A stretch of 64,000 nt of DNA from Lingula anatina. Lineage: Eukaryota; Animalia; Brachiopoda. The position numbers were made by a program, and so were the translations under genes. Location: positions 16,576,534-16,640,533 of the forward strand of contig CM120644.1 in assembly GCA_051362555.1 (NCBI GenBank). The letters run 5' to 3'. How positions within the stretch are numbered: position 1 is the first letter of the stretch; the number at the start of each line of letters is the position of its first letter. Below, piece after piece: positions 27,692-42,621 of this stretch. The notes under the pieces are model-generated. The model made no database searches and was not told the DNA's origin. It saw nothing but the letters and a program-made list of their open reading frames with translations.

Positions 27692-28112
27692 GGGCTCATT
27701 CCACTGAAACTATTGGTCTTCGTTGATCGATCCTTGTCTTGCGTTTAATATACTCATATAATCACCAGCTTTTCTGTATTCTACTCACTGTCAACAGGAG
27801 GTGTGTTAGGCTGTATTCTCAGAGCTTTTAGATCGATCTATCCCTGCGGGGAGTCTCACTAGATTACTGTCAGATAATCCAGCTTAAATGTCCGTCCCGC
27901 CTACTACAAGCTGTAAGGGGGTAATTAACTTTCGTGTCTGCTCGGCTGACAGCAATTTAGCATGAACCCCCAGGGAGTTAGGTCGATCTAAAGTAGATCG
28001 ATCTAATCTCTGGAAATGGGGTCTAAGTCTGTTAAATTGATAACATTCAGGGAGAGTCCCTAGGAAGTTGGATCAAGCTACCTAGACCAAAATTTTCAAT
28101 GGGAATGAGCCC
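27692..28112. mobile_element. MITE family A hosting a nested family B copy
   Basis: TAA|GGGCTCATTCC ... GGAATGAGCCC|TAA. Confidence 0.85.
27809..28023 (+). mobile_element. MITE family B (nested in A)
   Basis: Homologous to 53237, 57512 and 59336; flanks TTA/TAA. Confidence 0.88.
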
Positions 28113-28638
28113 TAAGTGATACAGCTGTACCAGTATATATTTTAAAGGTTCTACCAGGTATGCTGAAGATATTTCATTGTTTGTTTGCAGGGGTCATAAA
28201 TCATCAAAACATTATCTCAAACTTCACAAACATTTGGTATCTTGAAGCTTATCAGGGTTTGACATACTCGTTACAGACAAGGAATAATATTTGACCTTGA
28301 TCTTTATCGATGTTTGGAACCTTATCAATATTTGTTCCAAACGTCATCTTCTTTTCTAAAGCATTCTTTCACTCCCACTATAAAACATCTGGGACCTGAC
28401 CTGATATGACAATAACCCTGTCTTCTGCAGGCACGTCCATTTGTTGGATGTGGTTATATACTTCATTTATCACCCACCCATTGGTAACCAGACATACTGG
28501 CAACCATTGGTTATACAGTTGTGGGGCCCAGCAGACCACATTGGTGATGCATGAATAAGGCCAACTAGATAATTACTGTACATGCTTATGGTACACTGTA
28601 AACTTTAACTCTGGGAGGCCTCTATTACAAGCTTAATA

Positions 28639-28807
28639 CAGGGGCGGATTTAGGCCGTCTTCTGGGTCTTCTGGAAGACGGTCAGATTTTCAAGTTTACA
28701 TTGATGGGTATCTATTTTTTTCTGTTGGAAGAGGGTCAAAAATGGAGGTTGGATCAACAAAGATAATTTGGAAGACTGTCAGAAAATATCTCTGGACCCC
28801 GCCCCTG
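28639..28807 (+). mobile_element. MITE family C, 5-bp TSD
   Basis: CAGGGGCGGAT ... CCCGCCCCTG, flanked by TAATA. Confidence 0.92.
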
Positions 28808-31277
28808 TAATATATCCTGTATTTGAAATATTGGAGATTGAAAATTGATTATAGATGTTGTATTAAAAAGAAATAACCAAAGTGAAAGAAAAAAATTATG
28901 GTGGACAGACATAGCATTGATTATGATTTACTTAAGTATAGTGGTTCTCTCTGTATAAAATGTCTATAGTTTTACTTGGAAAGGCATATACAAGGGGGTA
29001 GCCCCATTGACATATGCGTGTGTGCATGCGTGCATTTCCTTGCACTTCTGGGCATGAAATAAAAGGATTGAGAGGTTAGATAGGAGGTTAAAAAACTGTA
29101 GCACTGTAGAATATAACCACAAAATGTTATCAGTGCCTAAGAAATCATACACTGCATGAAATAAGTGTCAGATCTTCATTTTTTGTCCTTTTTGGATATT
29201 TTACTAAAGTGAAAGTCGGGAACATGTATAACTGAATGAGCTATGGATTAACTGTAGTCTCAGACAGGGCCTATGTTAGGGAGGAAATGGATAACGAGTG
29301 ATGTTTCACTTTCATTTCCACACAGTGAGGGTCAAAAAGGGGGTATGGAAAACAGAAAATGGATAGCTAGGCAAAATGTAGTTTCACTTCAGCATAGTAG
29401 TTGATTTTGGCTTGGGGGCAACAGTAACTAAATAAAAATTGTAAAATAGCCAACAGACTAGCAAGCAGCTCAGGCAAATACCAGTTCAACACACGAGAAT
29501 TCCTCCCCAAGCTCACGACAAATATTGACATATTTTATTAGGAACAGTTTTCTTGTGCCCCTTGCGTTGCCTTGTGTTGCATTGCGAAAGGCCTCGCTGT
29601 ATTATAACCAAGTTCCAGAAGAAGATCAGTGGTTTAGAGCCTCAACACAGTACGCCTTTTTTTCCTTTCTTATTTTTTTTCTCTCTCTGAGACAGAGGAA
29701 ACCCTGTTGGCTTGGTGTACTTACCAGATGGTTCAAAGAACTTTGTGTTCTATACTAGTTAGAGTAAGCTGAACTTGGAAACTGGGGCAGAGTCGATTGA
29801 AGTCGGTGAAGTGAGGAAGCAGGCATATTTGGGTGTACACTGTGGGATTACTCTGTAGGCGACTGGAAGAGCAAAGACTTCGGGCTTAACACTCTCAGGA
29901 GAGGGAGAGAGAGAGGGTGACTGAAGTAAGTACAAGAAGTGTAGGGTCTGTCTGACTGTCTGTCTGTCTGTCTATCAGGCTGTCTAACATGATTAACAAT
30001 GATTTAAGAGCAGTGCTAGAAGTTTATGGGAGAGAGAGAGAGAGAGAGCACAACCTGCTACGTCCGAGTTTGGAAAGTCACATTTATCTTTATTGAATTT
30101 TTTTAGTGGAATATGTAATGCAGTGACACGTCTAAGTGTAATTTCTCCTTGTATCCCATTTCTATATGCCTGGAATTTGGTGGCTTACATCTGTATCTGT
30201 AACTCTTTCTGTTGGTGTCAGCCCTTTTGTGTTTGACAGCTCAAGGCTATATTTGAGGTGATCTGTTCTTCTTTCACGCTGTGTATTTGCGTGAGAGGTA
30301 AAGTTTATGACTAGTATGCCTGTGCCTGTGTGCTTATTATTGGACAGACCTACATGTTATTAGCCAGTAAACCACTTGTGTACAGATGTATATACCTCAG
30401 TAAAAATGAAATCTATTGTGCCAAATGCCAAACATCAACTAAACAAACAGAGCGTATTTTTCTCCCCAAAATCTAATTTGTTTGTGAAGATGAGTATCAG
30501 TACTTTTATTGGGGAAAAAAAGTACATGACTGATAACTTTCCAACACACCGTTGGTTGCCACTGGGCTAAGTATTGACTAAGTTATATTTAGGAGTATCT
30601 GATCACTGTGGTAACATCTGTGCTTAGAGAATACATCCAGTATAATCCATAAAATGGGAACTCTATTCAAAGCTGTATGAAGTAAACCATGCATTTTGGC
30701 TATGAGCAAGTGTAAGGTCCAGACCAAATAAGCCTGCAGTAGAACTGCCCATTTGCAAGAAGGCAGAAGAAAAATATTAAATTTGCAACTTTCGGACTTA
30801 TGCGTGGCTGCAGGTAGAAATATATCGAATAGGTCATGCCTTTGACCCTAAAAGATGTATTAAAGCTAACCATACAATCTATTCTCTGTGAGATCTAAAT
30901 GGGAATATATTTTATCTGTAATAAGAGACTCCATGGCCCAGTTGGAAAATCCAGGGTGCTAATCATAGACTGATCCACAGTTTCTGCTTAAGAGTTTAAC
31001 TAAAGAACCTTGGCTTCCAGGAATTCATGTGAAACAGTATACTGAAGTGATACGGAATGTATTGGTGCACTTTACACAGTCCTAACATGTAGTTATGCTA
31101 TAGGGGGCAGGAGGAGAGGGGATTCCACTGCTGATACACTTTGAGAAGTGCTTTCATATATGGGGGTGGGGTTACACCCTTTTACAAGTTTTCCACAAAT
31201 TTGCTTCCAGGGGAGGGGGGGAGGGAGCAGGGGTGACAAATATGGCATTGTTCATTGAAAGATATTTAGAGCTATCA

Positions 31278-31316
<39 letters not shown>

Positions 31317-32224
31317 GTGCGCCCAAGCTGTCCGTCCCTAGAAACTTAGATTAGCTGTACTTTAACTGCTCATCAGGGGTTATTTGGTACACATTAAGGC
31401 TTGTTCAGGGGATGTTGTATCTCTGAGTTTTACAGGTCATTGACATTTATGTTGAAGGAAGTAAGTCTGACAGAGTAATTGAAAACAAATTCCCAAAAAC
31501 CATTAACAATGGAACAATTTTATTTATCTGTCCTTCTTCAATTCAGAATTTCCAGAAAACATATTTCTCTAGAGTGATTACTGTTCATCATCACCCTGTT
31601 GTCAAGGTAATCTCCTTAGGAATGCCATATAACCTATAGAGTTATCTCAATTCCCAGGGTGAAGTCAATAGTTCATTGCCCCCCCCCCCCCCCCCCCCCC
31701 TTCCACTGTTTGCTTGCTCTCTCTCATGGTCTCTAAGGAATGTTTACACTTGCTTTTCTGGAATCGAGTCATGACGACCAAGGTGCGTGCCTGTTAAACC
31801 ACAGGAGAAACATATTTTATTTTTGTTTCCATTCCATTTTTGATGACTTTACTCGATCAGTGCGATCTTAGCAGCAATCATAGAAAGCCCATGCATATTA
31901 AAAAAATTAATTAATTTTGTATGAGGTACTGCATTTTCATTAGTCCTCATTAAATCGGCTTTTGTGGAAACTCTGTAGACGAAGTAATGTAAATATGATA
32001 TATGTCAGCATTGTTAGGTCATAATTATTAAATAGTACTTGTATCTATTTAATGAAAAAACATTTTTAATTGGTGGTAGGTGGGATAACAGAGTGATTAG
32101 ATGTACTGCCTGGGGTGAGCTAATCGTAACCAGATAGCCTTTCTGAAATTGGCAGTCCTTAGATAATTGTACCCAACTTGTCTTAAAACACGACCAACCT
32201 GCCCCAGACGAAGGCGGCTGCCCT

Positions 32225-32417
32225 GGAGCTCATTCACAACAAAGTTGATCCTTGGACTAAGCAGTCCTCGAATCAAATATGGTGAACACTTGTCAGTGGA
32301 TTCTTGCCCCACACGGGGCAGAGAAATTTTAAATCTCAGCACGCTTTCAAGTGGGTAGCACCACATTTGAGCCGTGGATCTGCTTGTCCATGGATCAAAT
32401 CATTCTGAATGTGCTCC
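32225..32417. mobile_element. MITE family E, degenerate
   Basis: GGAGCTCATTCACAA..TTGATCCTTGGACTAAGCAG / CTGCTTGTCCATGGATCAA..TTCTGAATGTGCTCC. Confidence 0.7.
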
Positions 32418-33556
32418 TAGACTCTACTCACCCTGAAGGGGCGAAACAGATGGCTTTGGTTAGTTCAGTTCAGTGGAAGAATGTGCTTAAATCTTAGATG
32501 TCTCGGCTAATTATCTTCTCAGACCGGGAAAGTTGAACCTCCAGGACAGTTGCCAAGGTAGCTTATGCCTTGGTAACCTCTTCAACAGTGGTCTTCGATT
32601 CTAGGATGTTAGTCAGACATCTTGTTAATGTAAGCCAAGTTACTGGCACCTTAACGGAAGTTACAGCTTTATTTCACTGCATAACTAGCTATTAGCATAG
32701 GAAAAATGGATAAATGGCTTATCAGTGGATTTGGTCTCTGTAAAAACTGTTTTATAGAATGATTATTTTAGGCAAGACGTAAATTACGTACCCGCTGACC
32801 AAATAGACCCCATATTGCCAATGGTGTTTGGTTATTTTGTTTTCAGCAGGATTCTAGACTTATTAGTTAACCCTGGTATGAAGATAATATAACAGTTGCA
32901 TGCTTTCAGTTTATGGTCTGCTCTTTCATTTAGAGGTGCGCAGGCCAAAGTTGATAGCATGGCTATGTACTGTGGACTGTGGAACCGAGTGCAATCAACC
33001 AATCCCAGTGTTTAGGCAATTTCTGAATTGCATTTTGCCATCAGTCTGGCTTTGTATATAAACGTGAGTGAGGCAGTTGTCAATAAAGGATTTTTTATGG
33101 GGTTAACTAGGTCTTTTGGGACAAACTTATCTTCTGTTTTCATTTGCTTCAACATATGAACTTTTCCCTCTGGGCTGATAATGGCATTGAAATGGTGAAA
33201 TAGAAAAATACGTACACTGAAATGGCAGATGGTAAGATAATATGTATGATGATTTATCAAATTGTAACTCCAGTTGTTTGTTTTCTGTTTAAACCCCCCC
33301 CCTTCCTATCAACCTCCACCCTGCTGTGTATAGATAACAGGTATAGTATCTATTTGAAAAAAAAATGTCCCAAAGTCACATTTTCTTTGGCTACATATCC
33401 TGTAAAGCTACTTATTTTTTCCAAGCCAGACCTTAAAAAAGGTAAAACTCTCAAATTAACGAGGCAGATTTTGATATATTTTGACATGGTGGTTTGGATG
33501 ACTGGTCATGCAGTCATATTGAAGTTAATTGTTTAGTGTTAGCATCTAAACCAGAT

Positions 33557-33711
33557 CAGGGAAGGATCCAGAGATATTTTTTGACAGTCTTTCCAATTAT
33601 TTTGTTGATCCATCCTCCATTTTTGACCATCTTCCAACAGAAAAAATTAGATACCCGTCAATGTTAACTTGAAAATCTGACTGCCTTTTTGAAGACCCAG
33701 AAGATGGCCTG
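33557..33711 (-). mobile_element. MITE family C, inverted, small deletion in one TIR
   Basis: Reverse complement of the 54420 body, flanked by CAGAT both sides. Confidence 0.88.
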
Positions 33712-36700
33712 CAGATGCAAGATGCAAGATGCACATGCAAGATGAGCCAAGAAATGATGCGTGATTTGGAGAAAATTGCACTGTTTTTTTTCAAGGAAAA
33801 TTTAGGTTGGCAGGAAAATTCTGTATAGGATTCCTGTAGGATATTTTGAATAGTTAGGTATAATCACTGATGAGACTTCTCCGACTTTTTTCGGAATTTG
33901 GTCTTTTTCAGGGTCATTTGGGTCATTCTTGTGAATCCTGTACCCTGGACCCCCGGCCAATTTTCCTACTTTTTCAGTGAGGACTGGTCTCATATGTATA
34001 ATACAACAGTTAAAAGGTTCATTGATTTGGGGAAAAATGATGAATAAATGTACACTCCGCCCATGCTCCTGCTGCCTTATTGGTTCTTGGCTTCATTACA
34101 GAAAAAGGGTGCATGTTTTAAAAGTCGTTCTGTTTAACAGTATTACTGACAGACTAACCTTAACCAGGACTATCTATCTGGCTTCTCCCCAAGGTCAGAT
34201 TTCTTTAAAACATTTTACCTAGATTTAAGACACGTTGTCATTTATTCATTTTAATTTGTGAACAAAGATTCCCATATATATAGTCTTCTTGCCTGGTGTT
34301 ATCTTTAAAATAATTTTTCTGGTTTAGGTTTTACCAGTTCTCAGGGCACCTTAAATTATTTTTTAAGGGGTATGTCAGGTTACGGAAAGTAAGACCCAGT
34401 TACCTGAGCGTATTATTAGAACATTCAGCTGTCAGTTGTGTGTAAGTTTGCTCTTCAATTTAGATTCCATTGGGAGATTTAAAGGTGTAAACCTTGGCAC
34501 AGGAGCTCCAACCATGCTGTCTGGTAGGAATATATATATAGTATCCAATTTGCATTCCTTGGGATGGTTTTCAGTTAACACATTTTGAAGAGAAGTTGTA
34601 TAATTTCTGGAATGGAATTCTTGGAACTCGGCTGCCAGTTTGGTCATTATGTTAGATTTTTAGTCGAAGTCTCTATTGCAGAACTTCAGGGTCGCCGTGG
34701 TTATCCATTAAATGTGTACAGTCTCTTGTAGTGCATATTGGTTGGTTGAAGTTGGTCTTTTCTTGGATGTGTAAGTGCTGACACCTGTCAACCTGTATAA
34801 GGGTAATATTTGGTCATATGAAGAGATCTGTTTTGAAGCTAAATTTACAAATTACGTAAAAACTAATGGAAAACAGTATTAAATTCACATTTTGAATGAT
34901 ATTTAACATATATGATTGTTTGTATGCCAAAGTCACAAATGAATGTCTTGAAATGTTTTTAAAATTTCAATTTTTAAAAATATGTAACATTTATTCTTTT
35001 GACAGATAGCAGTTCCAAAAATGGCAATGCAGTAGTAATACCTAAAGGAGGCTGAAGTTTGTGTGAGGTCTGAAGAGATTAATAAGCCATTTCCTTACTC
35101 CTTATGTACCACTGGTTCCATAAATCATCCACCTTTTATGCCAGGGTCATTATTATTATGTGCACTTTGCATGTTTCGCCATTTTATTTCCTTGCTAGAC
35201 CTTTCTCAGCATTTCCTTTGTTCCTTACTTTCTATTGTACAAGTATGGCAGACGTCCCTTCGAGTTGTTTGATATGCAGCTTTTTAGCTTTGAAAAATCA
35301 TTCTAGAAAACAAAGAATCTAATGGTGCGTTTTTTTTTTTTTTTTTTCCTGTTCTGGCGGGGGGGGGGGGGGGGGGGGGGGAGAGAAAGAGAAAGGGGAC
35401 ACTTACCCTATATACAAGCTGCCAACTTTAAATTTGTGTGTTGTAGAACTTTGCAACTAAAATATGTGTCATGCTCCTGTGAGCAATATTTAGTCTTCAA
35501 AGAATTACACACAGAGTTGAAAGCAAGGAGCAAATCCCATTCCTACAGAGACGCCGTGGAAAGCACTCCAAGGGCTTTTTCTGGGAGAAGAATTTTCCAA
35601 TCAATACACTAACATAGATTACAGACGGCCACATGTGGTTTATGCTATTCTTTAGGTCGTTTGTGCCTGCGTACTGTCATGCTCAGTCCTTTTGTTCTTC
35701 AGTCATGTTCATTCCTAAGTATTTTCTCCTCTTTTCTGTCTGTTAATGTTTAATAAGCAATTTTGTCCTTTTGTACCCCACCCAAATATGATAATGGTAA
35801 TGATTAAGGGTGCAATTACTGCTTATTAAATTACTTCTCTGTATGGCTTAATTAATTGGAATAGGAGTGGTAAAAGATTTCATGGGTTGCAAAATATTTT
35901 ATGGAAGGGAAAAATTACCATGGAACAGCCTGTTACACATTTGATAAACTGTGGTTCTGTGAAGTCATTCCATTACTAAAGCTTTTTTCTTTGTGCTTGT
36001 GGGTACTGAACATGGGGAAATGAAAAAAATGTGCCATTGTGTCTGGTAAAGGGGTAGTTTGTACAGGGAGGGGGTAGGTAAAAAATATCCTTTTGGCTAA
36101 AAAAAGTTTCCTCTGTATGAAGATTTGATAAGATGTGGGTTGTATGCCATTATGTTCAGATGGGACAACTAAGGGAATGAAGAGGTCTACCTCTTCAGAA
36201 AAACAGACCCTTACCCCCCCTCCCCTTCGTGGCTCATAGGTTGTATAGGGTAATAAGTTTCAGACACCTTACATATTCCTGTAATTCATATCCAAGAAAT
36301 AACATGTTCACTTACTCACAAAACTATATTCTGTGACAAGATCAAAACTCACTTATCAAAACTTTCAAACCACCTTTTAAAGAGTACTACTACCATTGCT
36401 TCTAAGATATTACTTTGAGAGGCTACGGTTCATCACTTTATGTTTCGAATTTAATATGTGATTGCTACAGATATAGCCCAGCTATGGAGAAGATGGACAA
36501 AAGGATTCATTGATATATAGATATGTATGCATGCGTATATGTATACACAGTCGAGACAGGGTCTTGTATGTATAGGGCCCTGCTGCTGTATATTAAAGAA
36601 GTCCAGTGGTATAAGATGTGGTTTTTAGAACTGGTTTATCAGTGCCGTAGCACATTTACACACACACACTTGCGACTGTTACAACTGTCAGGCAACCGTG

Positions 36701-37272
36701 ATCATCAGTACAGTACATATTTACTACCAGATATACAGGGTTTTCTTTCTCCACCCTGTTTAGCTCGGGAAGATTTGAACGGTTGATACTGGAGAACTGA
36801 AGAAAGGCTTTGGTGGATGCTTCGTTGTAAGCATTAGGAATCGGGGTAGGTGGAGTTTTTTGGGTTTCTTTTCTTCTTTCTTTTTAACTATACATCACCC
36901 TGTGTTCAAGACTGTGAATGGAGGGATTATGGATGGATTCGACTTTCATGTGAGCTGAGAGTCTTTTAAATTCGGCTCAGTAATGTCACCCATTTTGCAT
37001 TGTCAAAGCAACTTTCAAGAAAAAGCGTTGTTCTGGAAGACTGAAGATGCCCCAGCGAATAATGTAGTTGAGTATTGTCAGTGATCAGTGTGACAGTCAG
37101 TTGTATTACACATAGTCATGGTGTCTTACACTCTGGAAGTGATGTTGACTGTAGAAGGGAAACTTTGTGAAAATTTCGCATTTATATTTTTAGCACTGCA
37201 ATTCATATCTAAATCTGGTAGGAAGAAAGCGCCCATCATGTAAACAGAAGAAAGAGGTTTTATCTTTGTTCT

Positions 37273-37278
37273 GAGAGA

Positions 37279-37316
<38 letters not shown>
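37273..37316. repeat. (GA)n microsatellite
   Basis: Direct reading. Confidence 0.95.
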
Positions 37317-38623
37317 CTATGTCTGCATGTATTTGTTACACAGTTTTCTTTCTGTGTGTGAAGCACTTGTATCAGTTCAAAAATTCAGAAAATAATCTTG
37401 TAATATACTTGAACACAGAAAATGTACATAAATTCTCAAATCTAGGCATCAGGGATGCCTTACATTTTATAAGGCAACAAGGACTCTCTAGTCTTATTCT
37501 GTGTGTTATTAAAGCAACACCAGCTGTTTGAAAACTGCTGGGAGGGGCATGGTAAGTGTCATCTAATCTACATGTATATCTGTCACCATATTGTCTGACA
37601 TGTCATTGTCCTTTTGTTTCTCTTTTACAAGGGAAGAAACACCCAGAGTGGAAGCCATCTATCAATCTGTGGCCTCTGCTGGCGTTTTAATTGAATATGG
37701 TAATGACGCGATCATTAAAATGTATTGCTGTGTAGAATTTGTGGTGATTTTTCTGTATGGAATAGAACAATAAGGTAGCCAGCTTTTCAGTTTTGTTGTT
37801 ACCACTCAGTGCATTCTAATTTTAAGAATTTCTGACTTCAAAGTGCAGTATCTGTAAAATCCCCATTTTTTCTCATTGAACAGATTGAGTCATTAGTGTA
37901 CTTTGATGAAGGAATGTAATTTAAAGGCCAGATGAGGGTTAAATGATTGCAGTTGTAATAGGAGAGTTCACAGCTTGGTCATGCAATCCACTTTTTTTCT
38001 GTCCCAGGGTCTGTTTTGGGGAAAATTGTTGTTCAGATATGTATTTTCATTTTAGGGTTCATGGTTGTTATGCCAAATTGCTCTTTTTTCAGTGCAAAGG
38101 CAAATATGGCAAACACTGAAAAAACATGTGACAGCTATCTAAAATCTGACCACAAACATCATCATAGCAATACCATGTAAAGCAGTCAACAACCCTTCGA
38201 ACAACTCGGGTGGTTAAAAACCAGTTCCAACATTGGTCACGCATAAACGAGCTATTAATGGGGTGATTAATATACGGAAATTCATTCTCTCAGATCTGCC
38301 CATATTGTATTGTACTCTGTGGGCAGTTTAGCATCTTGTACTGGACATTAATGTATGTCCACCTACGTCCTGTCCCGTGTAAATTCTCTCTTTAATTGTC
38401 AACTGTTTCCTACTGTCGTCGTTAAAATTTGGGTTGACATGCTGTGCCGCTGCACCATGCTGTGTTTAATCTCTGCTGCCGTCTTCCAGTGACATTTGTC
38501 CTCTGCCATTTTGCCGTTCTTTTGGGCTTGCTGCCTTCAATGAAATCCTTGGCTTTTGCACAAAAATAGAGGTGAAATTGTCAATGATGAATTGAAACTA
38601 AAATTTGCTGCATATGCCCCCCT

Positions 38624-38625
<2 letters not shown>

Positions 38626-38674
<49 letters not shown>
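38626..38674. repeat. (CA)n microsatellite
   Basis: Direct reading. Confidence 0.95.
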
Positions 38675-38676
<2 letters not shown>

Positions 38677-41600
38677 TAAAAATAAATAAATAAATAAACC
38701 CAAGTATACATATGTTTATATACTTTCATTTTATAGTATTCATTAGGTTTTCAGTATTTTCAAGGCCACACAATGCCTGGCTGGTTACCATCAGATAAAG
38801 TCTGATCTATGTTTACCATAAAACCTCTATTGAACAATTTGATTGTGGAAGCAACTCTAAATAGGGTATTGACTGGATCTGTAACTGTAGATGTATGTGT
38901 TATCAAACCTCATTAAAAATAGAACAGCATCTGTAAAATTGGGCATCAATTTAAAAAAGAAAAAAAAAACATAAAATTAGTGTCAATGGCAGTCAGGAAA
39001 TGATGGCAGGAATAGATCACATTCTTCAATGTTGAATATATCGAGTTCTGCTCTGCTGGAGACACTTAATTGTCAAGCAGTTTCACAGTGTCGCTGCTCA
39101 ATGTGACAGTGATTAATTCCGTAGACGCAAATTGCAGCCACTTGTGTGCGCTGTCTCATCAACTCTGTGTTCTTGTCTGTCGTAAAAGATCCTGACTAGA
39201 ATTTTAACAGCTTTGATGTCTTCTTGTGCACGTCTTGATGCTCTTTTAGGGTCGTGTTCATACTAGACTCCTTGAGATGTTGTATTGGTCCAGTTGTGTT
39301 TGTGGAAATTATATTTTGGTCTAAAGTTAGCCTTGTGTGAACTTTGCTCAGATTTTGTCCTTGAAGATTATAGGAAACTATCTTTCATTTCCAATGGCTA
39401 TTTTGCCACGTGTAGATGGTGTGTGTGTGTGTGTGTGTGTGCTCTTGTGCACGCATTCTAACCGAGGACACACACCCGCCCGAAACCCACTAACCGAGGA
39501 CACACCTCCAACCGAGGACGTCCTCGGTTGACATAAGCAGTGGAATGCATAAAGGGGCCCATTTCAAGTTAGGTGGTGAAATTTGACGCTATTCTGAGCC
39601 AGTCCTCGGTTATGCTGTATAGCGCGGGCCAAATTCCCGCCACGAGTGTATCAGAAATACTGTCCAACTTTTTGTCTGAAATCGGGCTATACACACGCGT
39701 CCTCGGTTGTGCTGTAAAGGGCGGACCAAATTCCGCGTCCTCGGTTGTGCTGTAAAGGGCAGACTAAACTGAAACTAATGTTATATCTCAGATGTCTATA
39801 TATTCAGTAAGTTCATATTTTTAAACTAAAGGTCTTTTTTATCAAATTAAGCTCTCCTACTCTGAAGTATCAAATAAACGTACCGGTACGTTAATTAATT
39901 TTCCAAATTTCTTCCCGCCGGTACGCTCCATTTTCACCCAGTAGCCTACGCTTATTTATTTTTCAAAAATCTTCCACCCGGTATGTTTATTAAATACCTA
40001 TTGTACCGGTGGGAAATTACACAAGTACAAGTCACGCTTTTTATTTTCTTAAATTGAAGTATAATGAGAAGAAAATCGAGATCTCAACTCATTACCTACT
40101 GTTCCACAAACAGCACTGGAAAGTAGGTCAAGCGGAAGTCGCTCTCTGAACACAACAGTACATGCGTCACCTGATTTCAGTTTCTATAAATAGACGTGCT
40201 TTCCCTTCAGCAGTGACAACTACTCATGTATAGGCCTATCGATCGAATGATGCAATGTCGCAAGGTGATAGGATCATATTTATAGCTAAGGAGGTCATTT
40301 CAAGTGCAGCAAAGAAGTTGTGTCTGTTTTCAAACGTCAATTATTTCATGCCGATTTATGATTTAAACGATGTTAAATCACATTTCTATGTAAGATAAAC
40401 CCTTAGGAGTTTACAGGTATGCAAAACGAACCTTATATCTGAGAATAAATTTACTAGTATGAACCGTATGGCTCTCGGAGGCGGCTTAGGTGCGATATAT
40501 CTGGGTCTTCGGCCCCTGACAATTATGAAATTTAACTCATCCCGTTTTTAAGATAAATTTTAATACTGAGTGAATTTTACCTGGTGAATTTTTTTTTTTT
40601 TTTACAATGATCAATAGCTAGCTTTTTATGTACAGACACAGATGTGTCTGTACATATAGCCGTCATCTGCGTCTGTCGTCGCCGTCGCTGTCGCCGTCGT
40701 CGCCGTCGCCGTGCACTTTTACCGATAACACGATAAGTGGAAAACTGTTTTTTCTTTTGGCTTGAAACTTACAGAACTGATGAATATTCGTAATACGCAG
40801 GTCAAGTTCGAAAATCAGCATGATCGGGGCACTTATAGGGAATTTATGCTGTTTTTTCACTTTTTTCAGCATATATGCAGCACCGATAACACGATAAGTG
40901 GAAAACCATTTTACCTTTTGGTTTCAAACTTACAGAACTGATGAATATTCATAATACGCAGGTCAAGTTTGAAAATCAGCGTGATTGGGTCATTTTTAGG
41001 GAAGTAATGCTGTTTTTCACTTTTTTCAGCATGTATGCAACACCTTTGTGCTATATGATGGTACTGTATGGATGGCAGTCTATAAAATTGTCCCTTGGGT
41101 GATCACTAATTAAATTAAGGTCTATAAAGTCACTTGCCTACTCATTAATTTTCAATTGGCCATTAAATGAGATTACATAAAACACTCGTTGAGATTTCCC
41201 TGTAAAGTCCCATAGGTTTAGCTCTCTTAACTGTGTCACAAAATTAGGATTTGGTGATAATTGTGCAGATAAATGGTGTTAAACATTGCAAATAAATTTA
41301 CAACAACAAGAATGTGTTATGCCAACATGCTATAGATGAATAACAGTGCTTTATTTTTCTCAAACTTGGTGGGGTTATTAATATCAAGTTAATACAGCTA
41401 GATTAAAAGTTTGAATAGCAGCTTTATTGGAATTTTTTACGTTTTTTTTTAAATTTTTTTAAAAATTATTTTTCAAACACTAGCATCTTCAAGATGTGAT
41501 TTTTTACTCCCACCCACCAGAAGTGCTGTGCATTTTCTGTATTTTTGTATATAATTGTTATTTCTTCAGATTTAATTCTTAGGCATGTTAACAGTCTCAT

Positions 41601-42417
41601 TATGGAACTAATAAGATATGTAAAAGTGTTGTTTTGACATTTTCTGCTTCTTAACAATATTGTTGATTATATAAAAATGACGGTAAACCTGTTATAATAT
41701 TGTGCATTGTGTAATAAAGTATCATAAATGGAAAGGAACTCATCATTGCAGTTTGTCAGATTTAATCATTCACTATGTTCAGCATCTGCGAATGGAGCAA
41801 ATTGGACATTGAAAATTGTTCTATTGATAGTTTTCCTATGTCAACAATTTTCCTAGTTGAACATTTAAAAATGACAGTTTATTGATCATTTTGTTTTAAA
41901 AAAGGTGTTGAAAATGGAAAGAAAATCATTTCAGTACAGTTATCTCTTGTTTACATTTTGGCATTTCGAAAGTGTGACTCTGAACTTCCATGGCCTTGAA
42001 GACCTTCCCAAATCACATTTTCTGAATATTCATGATACTTTTATTTTTTTTATAAAAAATTTGATGGTCATTATGCTGTTAAGCATTATGGTTTATTGCA
42101 TGAAAGTTGATGAAAACCCTATTTTGGACACTGCTGCCAGGATAGCGGTTAAGGGAAAACCATGTTACTTACGATACTGAAACTTACTGAAAAGTTTCAT
42201 AAGACAGAAGTGCAGCTTGTGTTTGAAAACCAGTGTGATTGTTTTCTGTTTTTGAGGCAATGCAGGTTTATAGAGTGCTATACTGGCATTTTCAAGTCGT
42301 GACTTATCACTCCCATCTGCCAGGAGCCCTGTACTCTTACTTTGTAACATTTTCTGTATTTTGTTAAGTTACAAGAATGATTCTTAGGATTGACATACAG
42401 CAAAAAAAAAAAAAAAA

Positions 42418-42528
<111 letters not shown>

Positions 42529-42621
42529 ATGAGTTTAAGCAATTTTTTTTTGTGTTTAATTTTCACTGTACCTCATTCTGGCATTTCCAAAGTTTAACTC
42601 TTATCAGCCTGACACCTTAGG

